Shown piece after piece: positions 40,508 to 54,734 of a stretch of 64,000 bases of DNA. The stretch is from Eledone cirrhosa. Taxonomy: Eukaryota. Position 1 is the first letter of the stretch. Each line of letters opens with the position of its first letter. The stretch is taken from the NCBI GenBank assembly GCA_964016885.1, contig OZ024742.1:57784001-57848000 (forward strand), written 5' to 3'. Under the pieces are notes generated by a model. It had not been told where the DNA came from and did not search any database. It worked only from the letters and a program-made list of their open reading frames with translations. The translations under genes were made by a program, and so were the position numbers.

Positions 40508-43500
40508 AAAACAAATAGTAGAAAGGAAAAAGATTTTTTCAGTAGAAAATGTTGAAGAGATTTTTTTAGTGAAATTTCAAAACATGAATTTATTTACAAT
40601 ACCGGTTTCAGCATTAAATGCATTGTCAATTGTGGATATGCAGAATATTGTTAAGTTGCATATTCGTAGAAATAGTGAAAATAATGATAATAACAAAAAA
40701 AATATAGAGAGGGGAAGAAAAATTAATTTTTACATACATGTTCCTTCAGAGAAGAAAGTCAATTTCTCTGTCGATCCTTCTCTGCTAATGGCTTGGTTGT
40801 GATTGGAGAGGGTAGAAGCAGGAGGGTAGAGGAGAAGAAGGAGGGGGCAGGAGATGGTTGTTGTGGCTGCAGACTGCTATGCGAGACCCTTTGAATAGTG
40901 GATACAAGGTTTGGCTGGGCTGGGATGGGTTTGAAATCCCTCCAACGCTGGGAAAAAACGAAATTTGGTTCCTAAACTATGGAACAACCTTTCAAACAGA
41001 ATACGCTTCCGACAACCCCTTCTTAAAAACAAGAAAACTTAATCACCACTCAAACACTGTTCAACAACCAACAAAAAAACACAACCTCCACCCCTACCAA
41101 AAAAAGAAGGCAATAACTTACCCTTACCTCTTAACCCAACCGCGCAGCAACTACGCAGACACCCCTGCAACACACAAAGAAATAAGAAAACATCACCTCC
41201 AGGATGGACATTACAGCTCCTCTCCTACTAGGAGATACAAAGGAAACCTCCATTCTTACAACCCCCCTCCCCCTCCCCCCACCTCTACACACAACAAACC
41301 CAAACCACTCGATATATTCAGCAACAAAGGGCCCCTAAAACACAACTACCTCACATGATAACTAGGGACACACAACCACACACTAAATATAGAGACGCCC
41401 TAATCAACCCACATCCACGAACCCGAACCTTCAATAACAACAGCAGGGAACAACACAACCACAGGAGACAACCAAACATCAACAACCATCACAACTATTT
41501 TAATCATTTTTAGACCCAGTACACAAACACAGGGAAACGAGATGACACAAGACATACAGGAGAGACCAAAAGTAATAAAAATTATAAATTTAACCACTAA
41601 AGAACTAACAACAGACCAAATCAACATACTCTCCAAAAGGCTGAAATTTACACCAACCCCGAAATGAAGGAGGACATTATGGAATTCTGTAGATAACTAA
41701 GACTTAGCGAGGAACTACACGACAAGTACAACGAGGACAACTCACTAGCTAGAAATAAAAGCAACTACACCCCATCAAAAGGTAAGAACAAATTCCTTGA
41801 CCAATTCTGAAAACACATTACAAATTACCCATATCAACACCTTCACAGACATAAACACAAGCCAAACCTCAACAAGAAAGAATGAGATGAGCTTAACAGT
41901 TTAAGGAATGATGAAACTATAACAATCAAAGAGGCGGATAAAGGGAGTGCAGTAGTTCTTATGGAGACAAAATATTATATAACCCTAGTACTCTCATCTT
42001 TAGAAAACGAAACATACTACGAAAAGGCTCAACACTACACACAACAGAAAATAATGAGAAACCTAAAAACTCTAACAACCCTTTACAGAAAAGGACTTAC
42101 CGACAAGGAATACAACTATATCACTGACTTCAAAAGCAAACCCAGCCTTTTCTACGGTATCCCTAAGATACACAAAAGCGAAAAAATAAGTAAGGCATGC
42201 AAGGAAGCTACAGACATATTCAATGACCCTCACCCAAGAATCTCAAATTAAGACCTATAATAGCAGGTCCCGCTTGTGAAACTCACCGCCTCAGCAACTT
42301 CCTAGATTTCCTGTTAAAACCATTCCAGAAACATTAAAAGCTTCATAAGGGACGACCTCGATATGCTCAATCACCTCCAAAAACACAATAATGAACATAC
42401 CTTACTAGTGTCTTTTGATGTAGTCAATTTTTATTCCAATATTTCACACAACCTAGGAATAGAGGCAATCCAATTCTGGTTAGAAAATTACCCCCACGAA
42501 CTACCACGCCACATCATAAAAGAATTTGTAATAGAAGGGCTCAAATTTATCTTGGAGAACAACTACTTCGAATTTGATGCCAAATTCTACAGACAGAAAT
42601 CCAGGACTGCCATGGGCACAAAAACGGCCCCCTCTTACGCCAACCTCATTATGGGATACTTGGAAAGCACCCTCTACCGAAAAGTACCAGATAAATATGG
42701 AAACTCCTTCTACCTCCACATAGAAAAAAACTCCCTCTACCGAAAAGTACCAGATAAATATGGAAACTCCTTCTACCTCCACATAGAAAAAAACTAGAAG
42801 AGATATCTGGATGATTGCTTCATCCTCTGGCATGAAAGTATAGAAATACTTTTTGAATTTAAAACACTTCTAAATGGACTCAACACAAACATTCAATTTA
42901 CAATGGAATACAGCCATGAACAACTTCCTTTCCTCGACATCCTTATCAAGAAAACCAACAACAAAATAGAAACAGACATATACTATAAACCCACAAACTC
43001 CAAACAGTATCTTCCATTCAACTCATGCCATCCTAGACACACACCAAAATGAGCATTCCTTACAACCTAGCCAAAAGGATCTGCACAATAGTATCTGATA
43101 AATACACATGCTACATACGACTAGAAGAATTAAAGAACACACTTATTAGCAGGAATTACCCACCATCCCTAATCAACAATGGATTCCAACATGCCCTAAA
43201 ACTCAACATCCAGGAACTTGGACACCCCAAACCAAGGAATGAATCAAAACTGAAAATTCTACCATACATCTCACATAACCCCCTTAACAATGAGGCATTC
43301 GACACCATCCTCCAGAACATACCTTTACTAAAAAGAGACTTAAGAATGAACCAGATCCTCCAAACGCACAATATCATAAAGAACAAAAGACAACCCAAGT
43401 CAATAAAAAACATCTTTACACAGGCCAAAGTCCAGCCGATCCCCACAATGAACCCTATAGTAAACAAATGTGGAAGACCCAACTGTGGTATATGTACCAA

Positions 43501-44763
43501 TCTAATAGAGGAATCGGAGTGCCACTTCAAACAAGGACAACACTTTACAGTTAAGTACAATTTCACATGTGTCTCAGAAAACCTGATCTATGTGTTGACC
43601 TGCTCAGGTTGTCAAGAGCACTACATAGGACAGACTGAAAACAGCCTCCGACAACATATGACCATCCATAGATCCCAAATCAAAATACGGGAATACAGAA
43701 AGATAGCACTAAGTGAACACATCGCAACTTACGCATCTAATGAACAACCCAATTTTAGAATTTTTCCCATCTACAAATTCAAAGACAACGCTTCCTACAT
43801 CCAACGCATTAGCAAGGAATCATAATTTATCGCCAAATACGAACCCCCTTCTAAATGCTTCCACTTCGGACTAAACCAAAGCCAGCACACTTTAAAAACA
43901 CCCTAGACAAATGAATCCTTCTCCAAGATTCCAGCAACCTCTGACAACCATATAATGCAGACCAAGCAACCACATAGTAACACTCACATCAGCAAGTCCT
44001 GGAAGATCTCCACGAAGATAATTGGATAAATGGAAACGTTCAGGTGTCAAACTAAATGCTTTACATTCCCCTGAATCTGGAAGCTTCTGCTGAAGACAGA
44101 ATGGGTATTCCAGTGGTTCTGAACCCCTCTTTGTAGCAAAATTTACTCCATTCCCCTAAATCTAAAATTCCTGCTAGGGATGGAATTAATATTTCAATAA
44201 CTCTGAATCTTCTTTGTGACAAAAAAACAAGGTCAATGTTGATGATTTCTTCTAAGAAAAAATACCAAGATAGATATTTTTAGAAGCACCCACCTCCGTC
44301 AACTCTAAGGTCACCCAGCCAAACCTTGTATCCGCTATTCAAAAGGTCTAACATAGCAGTCTGCAGCCACAACAACCATCCCCTGCCTCCTCCCCCTCCT
44401 TCTTGTTCTCTCCCCTCTCCAGTCACAACCAAGCCATTAGCAGAGAAGGATCGACAGAGAAATGGACTTTCTTCTCTGAAGGAACATGTATGTGAAAATT
44501 AATTTTTCTTCCCCTCTCTATATTTTTTTGTTATCATTATTTTCAAATATGCAACTTAACAATATTCTACAAATATGCAACTTAACAATATTCTGCATAT
44601 CCGCAATTGACAATGCATTTAATACTGAAACCGGTATTGTAAATAAATTAATGTTTTGAAATTTCACTAAAAAAATCTCTTCAACATTTTCTACTGAAAA
44701 AATCTTTCCTTTCTACTATTTGTTTTTACATATATCAACTCGTGTGTTACCTTTCTACATTCG
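40508..44763 (+). mobile_element. Penelope-like element (Neptune-type) with inverted pseudo-LTRs; ORF pseudogenised
   Basis: 40508-40920 is the reverse complement of about 44315-44728; ORF remnants NLTTKELT..LKFTPTP, KEADKGSAVV, FYGIPKIHK, LVSFDVVNFYSNI, TAMGTKTAP, YLDD, CGRPNCGIC, LIYVLTC..CQEHYIGQT. Confidence 0.9.
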
Positions 44764-45504
44764 ATATATATATATATATATGTGTTTGTATGTATGTAGG
44801 CATCTGTGTATTTAGGTGTGGTTGTATGTGGGAGGGATAGAGAATATTTGTCTATGTATATGTGCGGTTGCGTGTGTATATATATGTGTGTGTGTGTCTA
44901 TGTATGTTAGAACTACAGGAAGGATCTTTGACCTAAGAAGGTTCAATTTCAAATCCAAGGTGTTCCAAATATTAATTAGAGAACTCCTGTATGCAGACGA
45001 TGTTGACTTTCTGGCTCACTCTCAAGATGACATGCAACACATCATGGATTGTTTTGCAGCTTCTTGTAATGCCTTTGGCATGAAAATTAATCTAAAAGGA
45101 AAAACTCCCAAAACAACTATTTTACAGCACAAACCAAGAAAAACATATAAGGATTGCATAAAAACAACCTTAAAGATCTACAGTTAGAAATTCAGAACTG
45201 GGAAGTGGTTGCTTTAAAAAGGGGTAAATGGAGATATGTGAAGGAAGTCTAGGTGAGACGTGTAGTGTGCAAAACAAATCTGCAAATCAATCTCTGGTCT
45301 TAAAAGGCATATGACAGTACATAAGGATGACATCCCACAAACTGACCCAATCAATCCAATAGAGGGCACATTTGCTGCAGATCGTGCAAATCTAATGCTG
45401 GACTTAGAAGCCACCTAAGGGGCCATGGACGAACGTTTGGAGTTAGTTATGGTTGATGGGGGTGCATAGGGAGATGGCAATCATCTGCTAAGTTGAAGCA
45501 ATCA

Positions 45505-45580
<76 letters not shown>

Positions 45581-45592
45581 ACATTCCTTTGT

Positions 45593-45900
45593 GTGTATGT
45601 ATCATCATCATCGTTTAATGTCCATTTTCCAGAGTGGGTTGGATGGATTTGTCCCACCTTAGGCAAGATTGGTCGGGTGACCATGTCTTGCTTGTACAGA
45701 ACTGTTTCTGGTAGGTTTTCTATGGCTGGATGCCCTTTCTAACACCAACCACATTTACAGTGTAGACTGGGAGCCTTTTCACCATGTCTCCTACACGACC
45801 ACTTTACAGCGTGGACTGGGTGCTTTTTGTCGTGTCACCTACACGACCACTTTACAGTGGACGGATGGAGTAGGGTGTGTGGGGTGTATATTGGGTTAAG
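45593..45900 (-). mobile_element. RTE 3' tail fragment
   Basis: (CAT)n start and ggatgccctttctaacacc block, reverse complement of the RTE/SINE tail. Confidence 0.75.
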
Positions 45901-46794
45901 AGGCGCTGCACTGTTATTACTTTATATGGATATTGTTTTTATGTAGTACTATATTTTATCTTTATTTTATTATATATTTTTCTAGGGTCATATCCTACAT
46001 ACCCACTACCTCCATCTCACTAACATTATTCGGATGCCATGCTTTCCACGTCCCTTTACGATCTGAGTTCAAATCCCGCCGAGGTTGACTTTGCCTTTCA
46101 TCCTTACGGGGTCGATAAAATAAAGTACCAGTAATGCACTGGGTGATTGCTGGCCTTGTGCCTAAAGTAGAAACAATTATTATATGTCTGTAACATAATT
46201 TTTTATTATTTTTTATTTTATTCCCTTATCGGCTAGATTGTAGTCAGGATTGGTTTTTATTTTGTATTTTAATTCCTTTACCTCTGCATTCTTGTATTGC
46301 CTTATCTCCTTATTGCTTACTTCAAATAATGTGCCAACAGACGTCAGGCAGACGGGTTGACACGCATGGATATATACGACAACTTGACCAAGATGGCGAT
46401 AATAGCCGCTAAATTATAAGAAGCCCTCAGCTGTGATCTGACTGAAAACAGGCCAACAAGCGTATATGATGACACACCACTACGACAGAATTTGTGGTAG
46501 CATATAAGAAGGAATCGGGATGGTATTCAACCACTCTCAGAAGCAAGTCTTCATGTTAAAACATATCTGAGGAGTTCTGATTCCAGAGTCAGGTTATCAT
46601 TAATAGATCGTTCCTCGAGCTGATCGACAGTGAAACATTTGTAATATGTAATTAAATATGTATATGATGCAACACTGATTTTTTTGTTCCCTTATATATT
46701 AATATTATTGATACTCTGCTCCCCAAGAGCATCAAGTGCTCATACGGCATACCACCTATGGAAGTGACTAACTTGCACCTTAATACCTATATAT

Positions 46795-46830
<36 letters not shown>

Positions 46831-47038
46831 GCAGAGGTTATATTGTTGGGATTCAACAAGCTTAACAATTTTTATAACTGATATAAAGCACTCAACAGTT
46901 TAGTGGAGTAAATACACAATATATTAATAAATGGAAACTATATTTATAAAACCATATCTATTTTATTATACATATTTCAAAGGCAACCAAGGCAAACATA
47001 AATATATAAACGTACATACACACATACATATAAGTATG

Positions 47039-48736
47039 CTCCTAGTTGCTGATACGGTCATACCCTCGGCTACTGGGGTCCAACAGGGCGACTCTTTGGG
47101 ACCCCTCCTGTTCGCCCTTGGTATTGACCACATCGCCCAGAGTATCACGGCCCATCTCAACGTTTGGTATCTGGATGATGCTACGTTGGGTGGGCCCGTA
47201 TGGACAGTCTGCCAAGACCTTCAATCGGTGGTTCCTGCCCTGGCGGGAATCGGCCTCCAGGTCAACTCGGCCAAGTCGGAGGTGGTGAACGTCAGCCTCG
47301 ATGCTGCGAGCTTTGCAGCCTCCGTCTTGGATGTGCGGTCCATTCTCCGCCAGGTTCAGGTGACCCCCAAAGAGGATGTCCTCATCCTCGGTCACAGATC
47401 CACCCGCCGGCCACCCGCCGGCCATCCGCTCCACCATCAGGTCCAGGCTTCAACAGCTCCAGACTCTCACGAGCCGACTGGGCTTGATTGACGGCCACCC
47501 AGCTCTCTTTCTGCTGAGGAACTGCTTCGCCATGCCAAAGCTCCTCTATGCATTCTGCAGTGCTCCATGCTACACCCAGACATCTCTCCTCGCTGACCTC
47601 GATACTTGTATCCGAGCAGCAGCCGAGGGGATATGCAACGTCAAGTTTGACGACATAGGGTGGCAACAGGCCACTTTACCGGTCAAGTATGGCGGCCTTG
47701 GCCTCCGGTCCCCGATCTCACTAGCTTTGTCGGCGTATCTTTCGGCGGTAACCTCGTGCCGCGTCCTCATCAGCAGGGTTCTTTAAAACAACAGAATCCT
47801 CTGTGTTCAGAGAACGTGTGGCCGCCTGTGAGACGTGGACTGGCTGGGACTTAGCCCAGTAGACGTCCCTCCTCCTTCTACCTCTGTTGACGTCAAGTCC
47901 CCCCAAAGCACTTGGGATGCCATCCAGTGCAGCCTGGCCTCAGACAGGCTCACGCGCCAGCTCGACCAGCACCGTCTTGCTTGTTTTCGTGCGGCCTCCA
48001 AACCCCACAGTGGTGACCGGCTCCATGCCCTGCCCTCCTCCACTGGCACGCAGTTAGACAACCATGGCCTGCGAATCGGCGTTTCCCTGAGGCTCAGCCT
48101 CCGGATCTGCCAGCCACATCAATGTCACTGCGGTTCCACCGTGGACTCTTTTGGCCTCCACCCGTTTTCCTGTCGCCACAGTGCCGGCCGCATTCCACGC
48201 CATGCTGCCCTCAACGAGGTCATTAAGCATGGCTTGGATGCCGCAGGCTTCCCTTCCCAGCTCGAGCCGGTGGGGCTGGATCGAGGAGACGGCAAAAGGC
48301 CAGATGGCAAACCCATCTTCCCGTTCCGCGGTGGCAAACTCCTCGTCTGGGATGCCACTTGCACTGACACTTTCTGCAGTCGCAACCTGGTGCAGTCTGC
48401 GACTGACCCAGGTTCTGCTGCACGTCGGGCTGAGGGGGCCAAACTCCTCAAATACCGGTTGCTCTCCGACAGGTTTGCGGTCTTTCCCCTGGCAATGGAG
48501 ACTTCTGGTGTCCTCGGCCCACCTCCTTACTCACCACCATAGGCGCTGAGCTGGCCAGCCGCAAGTGTGAGCCCCGCGAGTTGGAGTGGCTTTTCCAGCG
48601 CGTCTTCCGGGAAAACGCCTTCTCCATTTTGTCCGCCGGGGCTGTGGGTGGGCCCCATCGCGTACCAATACATTAGTTAAATACCATTCTTTCATCTTAG
48701 ACATTAAAAATACATTATACAGATAGAAAAAAAAAA
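47039..48736 (+). mobile_element. 5'-truncated CRE-clade non-LTR retrotransposon (RT and RLE), poly(A) tail, TSD AAGTATG
   Basis: GVQQGDSLGPLLFAL, WYLDD, ATLPVKYGGLGL, CHC...H..SC..SAGRIPRH, KRPDG...VWDATC; poly(A) 48727-48738; AAGTATG at 47032-47038 and 48737-48743; visibly GC-rich. Confidence 0.85.
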
Positions 48737-50576
48737 AAGTATGTGTTTGTGTTTCCGTGTTTTTGTTTATGTCCTATAACTTAGCAGTTCAATAATATCA
48801 AATTGACAAAAGAAGTACCAAACTTTAAAAAATAATTACTGGATTCTATACGATTGGCTAAATGAAGGTGAAGCATCAATATGGCCAACTCATATAAACA
48901 CAGGATGATCATGACTGGAATGTCATTGATTGCACAAAGGTATCATTTTGCTTGGTTGCTCTGGTCTGACCTGAAATAAAAGTAAACAACAGCAACATTC
49001 TCTTCAAGTTACACAGACCAATTAGCTACGACACATGCAAAGGCAATTTCTTATGTTTTTAACTTTTTATGAAGAGATTAACGATAATGTAATCCTAGAT
49101 ATGGAATTGTTGAAGCTGCAACATCTATGACCATAGGTGTGATGAATAAGAACCGATACATTTATGTCCCCTCTTGAGAAAAAATAAAACTCAATAATTG
49201 TCGTGGATGAAATTGAACACCAGTGTGCCTGTGTTTTACCAGAAGACCAACAAGGCTAAAACTTAGTTTTAAACAACAGTTAGATATTTAATCTATAATC
49301 TATAATGGCGAAAATAGTTTTAGCAGTTTAGACAAGAAAACTCTAGGATATTGGGGAAATAGTTTAAAAGGGTAAACTGAAATTATAGGAAGCAAGATAA
49401 AATCACATTCAAACTCCCCACGGGAGTTAATTTATAATCGATTTTATTCTGCTATCCACATCTCCTACCAGTAATCTGAACACAATTTCAAGTCACTGAG
49501 TGAAGATCCAGTAAAGGTCATCCTCCAACTTGTTAGAAATAGCAAACAAATATTTTTATGAAAAATTACTGTGTATGCATTGATATTTTTTAATCTAAAA
49601 AGTTTGTATATCCACTTAACCTTTTCGTAACTATATTTCTAATGAAATATACTGCCTACAATTTTCAATTAATTTTAAGACCATAAAAAGAATTGGCATG
49701 AGCTAGTAATATAACTAACTTTCTTGTAATTAAGTTCATGATTAGAGCAGTTAGCCAGAATCTGAAAGATATGAAGTGTAGTCCCTCATTGCATTTCTTA
49801 CACCTATAGGGGTATTTACCAAATTTTCTAGGCTATTATTTATAGCAATCAACTGTATTTCCTGAGTCTGAGCTTTCTACATTTTCCATAAAGAGACTGA
49901 ATTTTCTACCCACTCATTTTTATCCACTGCAAGAGGAAACCTCAGCCTCTATGCAGGGTTTAAGTTGACCTGTTCAAGTGTAGGTTAAACAGGGTGTGGT
50001 ATCATATAGGGACTAAATACAATAGAATTAATTATGCAGAATCTGCTGTGTGTATACCAGTTTTTAGACTAAGTACACCATATCCCTATATGCAGCGAGA
50101 GGTGACTAAAAAGGTTAGTGTCAGGAAAGCTATCCAGCAGTAAAACATTGTCTCAAAACATCCCATCCAACACAGAAAAGTGGATGTAAAAATGATAATG
50201 CTGATGAATCTAGATTCTGTTCCAAACGTCCTGTTGGTTTCAACCATTTTGTATATCAGCTACAAAAGGGAAAAAAAACATGCCAAATCTAGAAAATACT
50301 GTTTATTTTGGTGTTTGAAAAAATCTGTTTATCAAAAGAAGAAATGAACAAAGGATTATAAAAAGCTGTTTCTCTGATATCAGTCACAATGAAAATTTTG
50401 GTACCAATAGAATACTTTTTAAAAATCTTAATGTCCTGAGGAATCTCAAAGTGTTATGAGCCCAATTCTTCCTCCTTGCAACAGTAATCTAGAGTGTTTG
50501 AAAATAAAGTTTTTATCACATAATTAAACAAAGAAAACATATAATCCAGTTTGTGTTTTGTTGTTTTTAAAGAAAT

Positions 50577-53500
50577 CTATTTGGTGCAAATTTTTAGCTT
50601 AACACTTTTTATCTTCCAGTTGTCCTTTGACAAAGGGTCTCTGATCAAAGAAAATAACTGTTCAAAAACACCCAAACAATAGTCATTTTTGTGTACAGTG
50701 CCTTGAACTGTTACACGCACAATACCACAACTCTCAGATTTGCTCATAACACCACCAGCACCAATATTGGCATTGAAATAGAGGTTTTCTTCACTTACTA
50801 ACCTCTTTAGTTTATATGCACATATATCAGCACCCTGTACTTCTTCTTCATATTTTTCTCCAGTTATGAAACATAAATACAAGGTAGAGTCTGGCCAGAA
50901 GTGATCTGGATTGAAACTGGACTCAGTCTTTGAGTTAAACATAGTATAAAACCAAGTTGAAAATGTTTGGCCAAATTGAACCACATTACCAGCATTGATT
51001 TCTACTAAGTTTGTAGAGGTAGGTTGGTCTTGTACAGTTTTCTGGAAAAAAGAAAACAAAACACTAAAACATATATCATCATCATCATCATTTAACATCT
51101 ATTTTCCATGCTTGCATGGGTTAGCTAGGTTGTCATATTGTGATCATCTGTTGCTGTTATAGAACTGTTTCTGGCTTCTATGGCTGGATTGCCTTCCTAA
51201 TTACAGCATGGTCTGGGTGCTTTTTATCATGGCACCAAAACGATTACCTTACAGAATGGGCTGAGCAGTTTACAGGGTGAACTGGGTGCTTTTAGTTATG
51301 TCAGCAGCACGACCACCTTACAGGGTGTACTGAGTGCTTTTTGTCATGTCTCCAGCATGGAAAAAGCAAAGATAAAAATAATTGTAAAGAATCATTAAGG
51401 AAACTAACAAGAAAAGCCTTTGTATGGAAAATACCCAGAAAAAGCTAACAATCCTGATGTTGACAAAACGTTAACCTATCAGTGGTTAGCATCGTCTTGA
51501 GTGAAATTGGAGACAGAGGGACAAATTATATCGGCTTAAGATCAGTGTCTACCAACAAAAAAACTAATGAGCCAATATCATAAGAAATGAATGCAACCCA
51601 TTATACTGTGAATGTAAAGAACAACCAGGAACCATTGATCATATAATTTCAATGTGCAGTCTTTTAGCTCCAACCGAATACATTAACAGACACGACAGAG
51701 CTGCACAATACATACATTGGATAATGTGCAAGTATTTTGATCTGCGCCATCAAAAGAATTGGTGGGAGCATCAACCACCTTCCATGCTTGAAAAAGGTCA
51801 CATTTCAATTTTGTAGAATTTAAGTGTTTAAACAGACTAGAAAATAGATGTAAATAGGCTTGATATAATATTGGAGAAGTTTCAACAAAATTTATGCCTG
51901 ATAATTGTCATGGACGTTTCTATAGACATGAATGGATCTGTAAAAACATTTGTGCAAAAATAAAGACCAGCAAATACATATTGAAAAAATGTGGAAGTTG
52001 AGAGCTAAAACAATACCACTCTAGGAATGATACCTAAGTGATCTAATGATTACTTATCCCAAATGCCAAGAAACCTGTATATAGAATACAAAAGATAGTA
52101 TTAAAAAAATGGGAACCACCCATATACTAAGGAAAACTTTGTCGATATAATTTCACAACACAATTGTGAACATCTAAAGATGTGTATAACTTTTTTCTCC
52201 ATTTTCAAACGTGGTGGAACCTGTGTCTTGAAGTCACTGGATGCAACTTGGTGATAACTTGTATGAACAGAAATTTCTATCAGAAGCAATAAGTAAAAAA
52301 TAAAGATAAAAGGAAATTACCAAAGTAGAGTTTGACCAATAATTCAGAAGTTGATACATTAATTCCTGCTTATCTGATTTACCAGGAATTGAAATATTCT
52401 TAGTGAACACATACTGCATCAAATGATCACGTGTGATTTTCTTCCGGTTTAAAAGTTCTTTTGCATCTAAGGAGAATGAAATGATTGCTTGGATAGCTTC
52501 TGCAATTCAAACAAAAAATATTATATTTAGCTTATTTGATTGACTTACAAAGCATTGGGAAATTTGAAATCTGAGAATATAGTCACCACAATAAAGAAAA
52601 TCACACTTTACCCAATTTATTCAATTATTATTATGGCATTGTAGCAACTATATTTTCAAATATTCATGTTAGCCTTTTGGGGAGGGATTTTCTGGTTCTC
52701 ATTTTGGTAAAATAGGAAGATAAGCTTAAAACTGAAACTGTAGGCATTTGGCTGAGTGGTTAAAGTGCTGAACTCCTGATCATAAGGTCAAGAGTTCAAT
52801 ACCTGGTCTGGGTAGCACATTGTGTTCTTGAACAAGACACTTCATCTTATGTTGAATCAGTCCACTCAGTAAAATAAATGAGTACCAGAAGTAGCAGCTG
52901 CAACAATCTGGCGTTCAGTTCAGTGATAGTTTTTTTTTTATAGGACTGAGAAAGCACCAGAGAAACCTCCTTTGAGATGGAACATCATAGGAGACCAGCT
53001 AAGTCTACATGGGTGTGAGCTATAACAATATATGACTGAAATTGAGACTGCACACACAACATGCTCAACATCATCCATTTTATCACATATAGCAGTGAAG
53101 CTTTGACTCCTCTTGATACCAAACACCTTGAACCTGCCCCCAGTTCTACAGAGGACCACATCTCGCTTACATATATTCCCACACTCTACTGAGTGCATTT
53201 TATCATGACACCAGCTTTTGGGAAGTTTGTCATGCCCTTGACACAACTGAAGAATCCTTTTGACCCTTTTTTTAGTATGGTTTCTACAGCTAAATACCCT
53301 TCCTATAATCAACCACCATACAGGGTCTACATGGTGCATTTTTTGTGGCACCAACACTAGAGAGGTTGACATGCCATGATTGGAGGATCCTCTCTGACCT
53401 ATAGGTAAGATGTGGTCTTTTGCATTAGTGTGTGCATACGGCGGAAACCTGAAAGTTGCTCTTTGTCACTTCCTCTTTGACGCTACAAGGCAAGTATCCT

Positions 53501-54211
53501 TTTAATACCAGACCATCTGAAACCTCCCTGATTTTACAATACAGAGCCGTTTATTTTAAAGCGATCAAATATTTTTCAATCAGTTAAAGACGACATTGTA
53601 CATAAATGTAGTGGCACTTCAGAGTAAATCACCCAATTTATTATAGTTATCTGCATTGTAGCGACTATGCTGTCAGATTTCCCAATGCTTCGTAAGTTAA
53701 CAAAATGTTGTTTATATATATTTATAAAGGGCAAATAGTAAAGACCCCTTCGGTCACAAATGACCATGGGTTTGCACCTAAAATTTTCCCCTCCAAGAAA
53801 AAAGACTGGGGAAGCTGATTTACGGAAGATTAGCAGTCGCTCATACATACCAGTCGCCTTTAACCATACCACCGACGTTGTCGCAGGGAAAGGCAAAGGT
53901 CGATGCAACTTGGCACCAGTGTCATCATACCACATATATACACTGAACATAGACTATATATTTATGTTGTCCAAGGGAAACGCAAATACTGATACAGCTT
54001 GGCACTAGTGACGTCTTAACACACTCTTTTGATCCTTCCCACCTGAATTTGTTTACGTTCTAGTTAAGGCAAATGATGGTCTTAGTTATGTATGTGTGTG
54101 TGTATATATGATAAATATTAATATAAACTTACAGTGCATAATCTATTGAGAACTTTTCCCCATATATATAATCAATTCGTCTCTCAATTTCAAAGCGACA
54201 CACACACACAT

Positions 54212-54251
<40 letters not shown>

Positions 54252-54441
54252 GGAGAGAGAGAGAGAGAGAGAGAGATTGTTTATGTTAGTTATTAAGTAA
54301 ATGTAAATAAACATTACCTTCTTCAGAACTCACAGTTATGGATCTTGTACTTATCGTATCTACTAATGAAAAAATTACTTTTTTGGGTAATTGTTTCAAT
54401 AGTTCGAGACAACCTTCTTTTTGCACGTCTGTAAAATTCAT
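50577..54441 (-). CDS. C3orf38: C3orf38-like protein, 3 exons (54441-54318, 52499-52321, 51041-50577), about 255 aa
   Basis: MNFTDVQKEGCLELL...VDTIS / EAIQAIISFS..AKELLNRKKITRD / FGQTFSTWFY...HFWPD...QGTVHKNDYCLGVFEQLFSLIRDPLSKDNWKIK resemble remembered C3orf38 ([21 protein letters not shown]...WKIK); GT-AG sites with phases 1 and 0 join in frame. Confidence 0.88.
51360..52120 (+). mobile_element. Degenerate R4/Dong-like RLE retrotransposon 3' fragment in C3orf38 intron 2
   Basis: PLYGKY...YQWL...KLETEG.I.SA.DQ, TIDHIISMCSLLAPTEYINRHD, NRLDII remnants with stops. Confidence 0.7.
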
Positions 54442-54573
54442 TATTGTATGACCATCCCTTTCATCGGTGGTAATAATTTAGAGAATAAATTATAAATTTC
54501 GTGTAACATAGATTGAAGGAATTATAAAATAACGTAGACAAGGGTGATAACTCAAGAGACATAATTAAGTCTA

Positions 54574-54589
54574 CAACTAGATGGCAGCG
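54574..54589 (+). promoter_or_regulatory. CTCF-like binding motif upstream of the C3orf38-like gene
   Basis: CAACTAGATGGCAGCG resembles the CTCF core CCACYAGRKGGCRSY; about 130 bp upstream of the ATG. Confidence 0.35.
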
Positions 54590-54734
54590 TTTAGATTAAA
54601 CGGTGTAAGAGGTCTGAAGAGTTGACTTTGTGTGTCAATAACTCTAGATCTCGAAATAAAACTATCTTGTCAGGTTAGAAGGATTCGTTTTGTATGCAAT
54701 GCATCCTACATGTGTTATATATGTTGGCAAATAT

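Noticed and set aside
46561-46662. Hammerhead-like CUGAGGA...GAAAcau...augUA
   Set aside because: Stem III forms, but stem II has no convincing closing helix and stem I needs a large bulge
52224-52276. Extra small C3orf38 exon
   Set aside because: Available AG and GT sites give incompatible phases; exons 2 and 3 join in frame without it
53745-54015. Structured repeat as a possible HDV-like ribozyme
   Set aside because: The nested double pseudoknot could not be assigned by eye; likely an ordinary SINE/LINE-derived fragment
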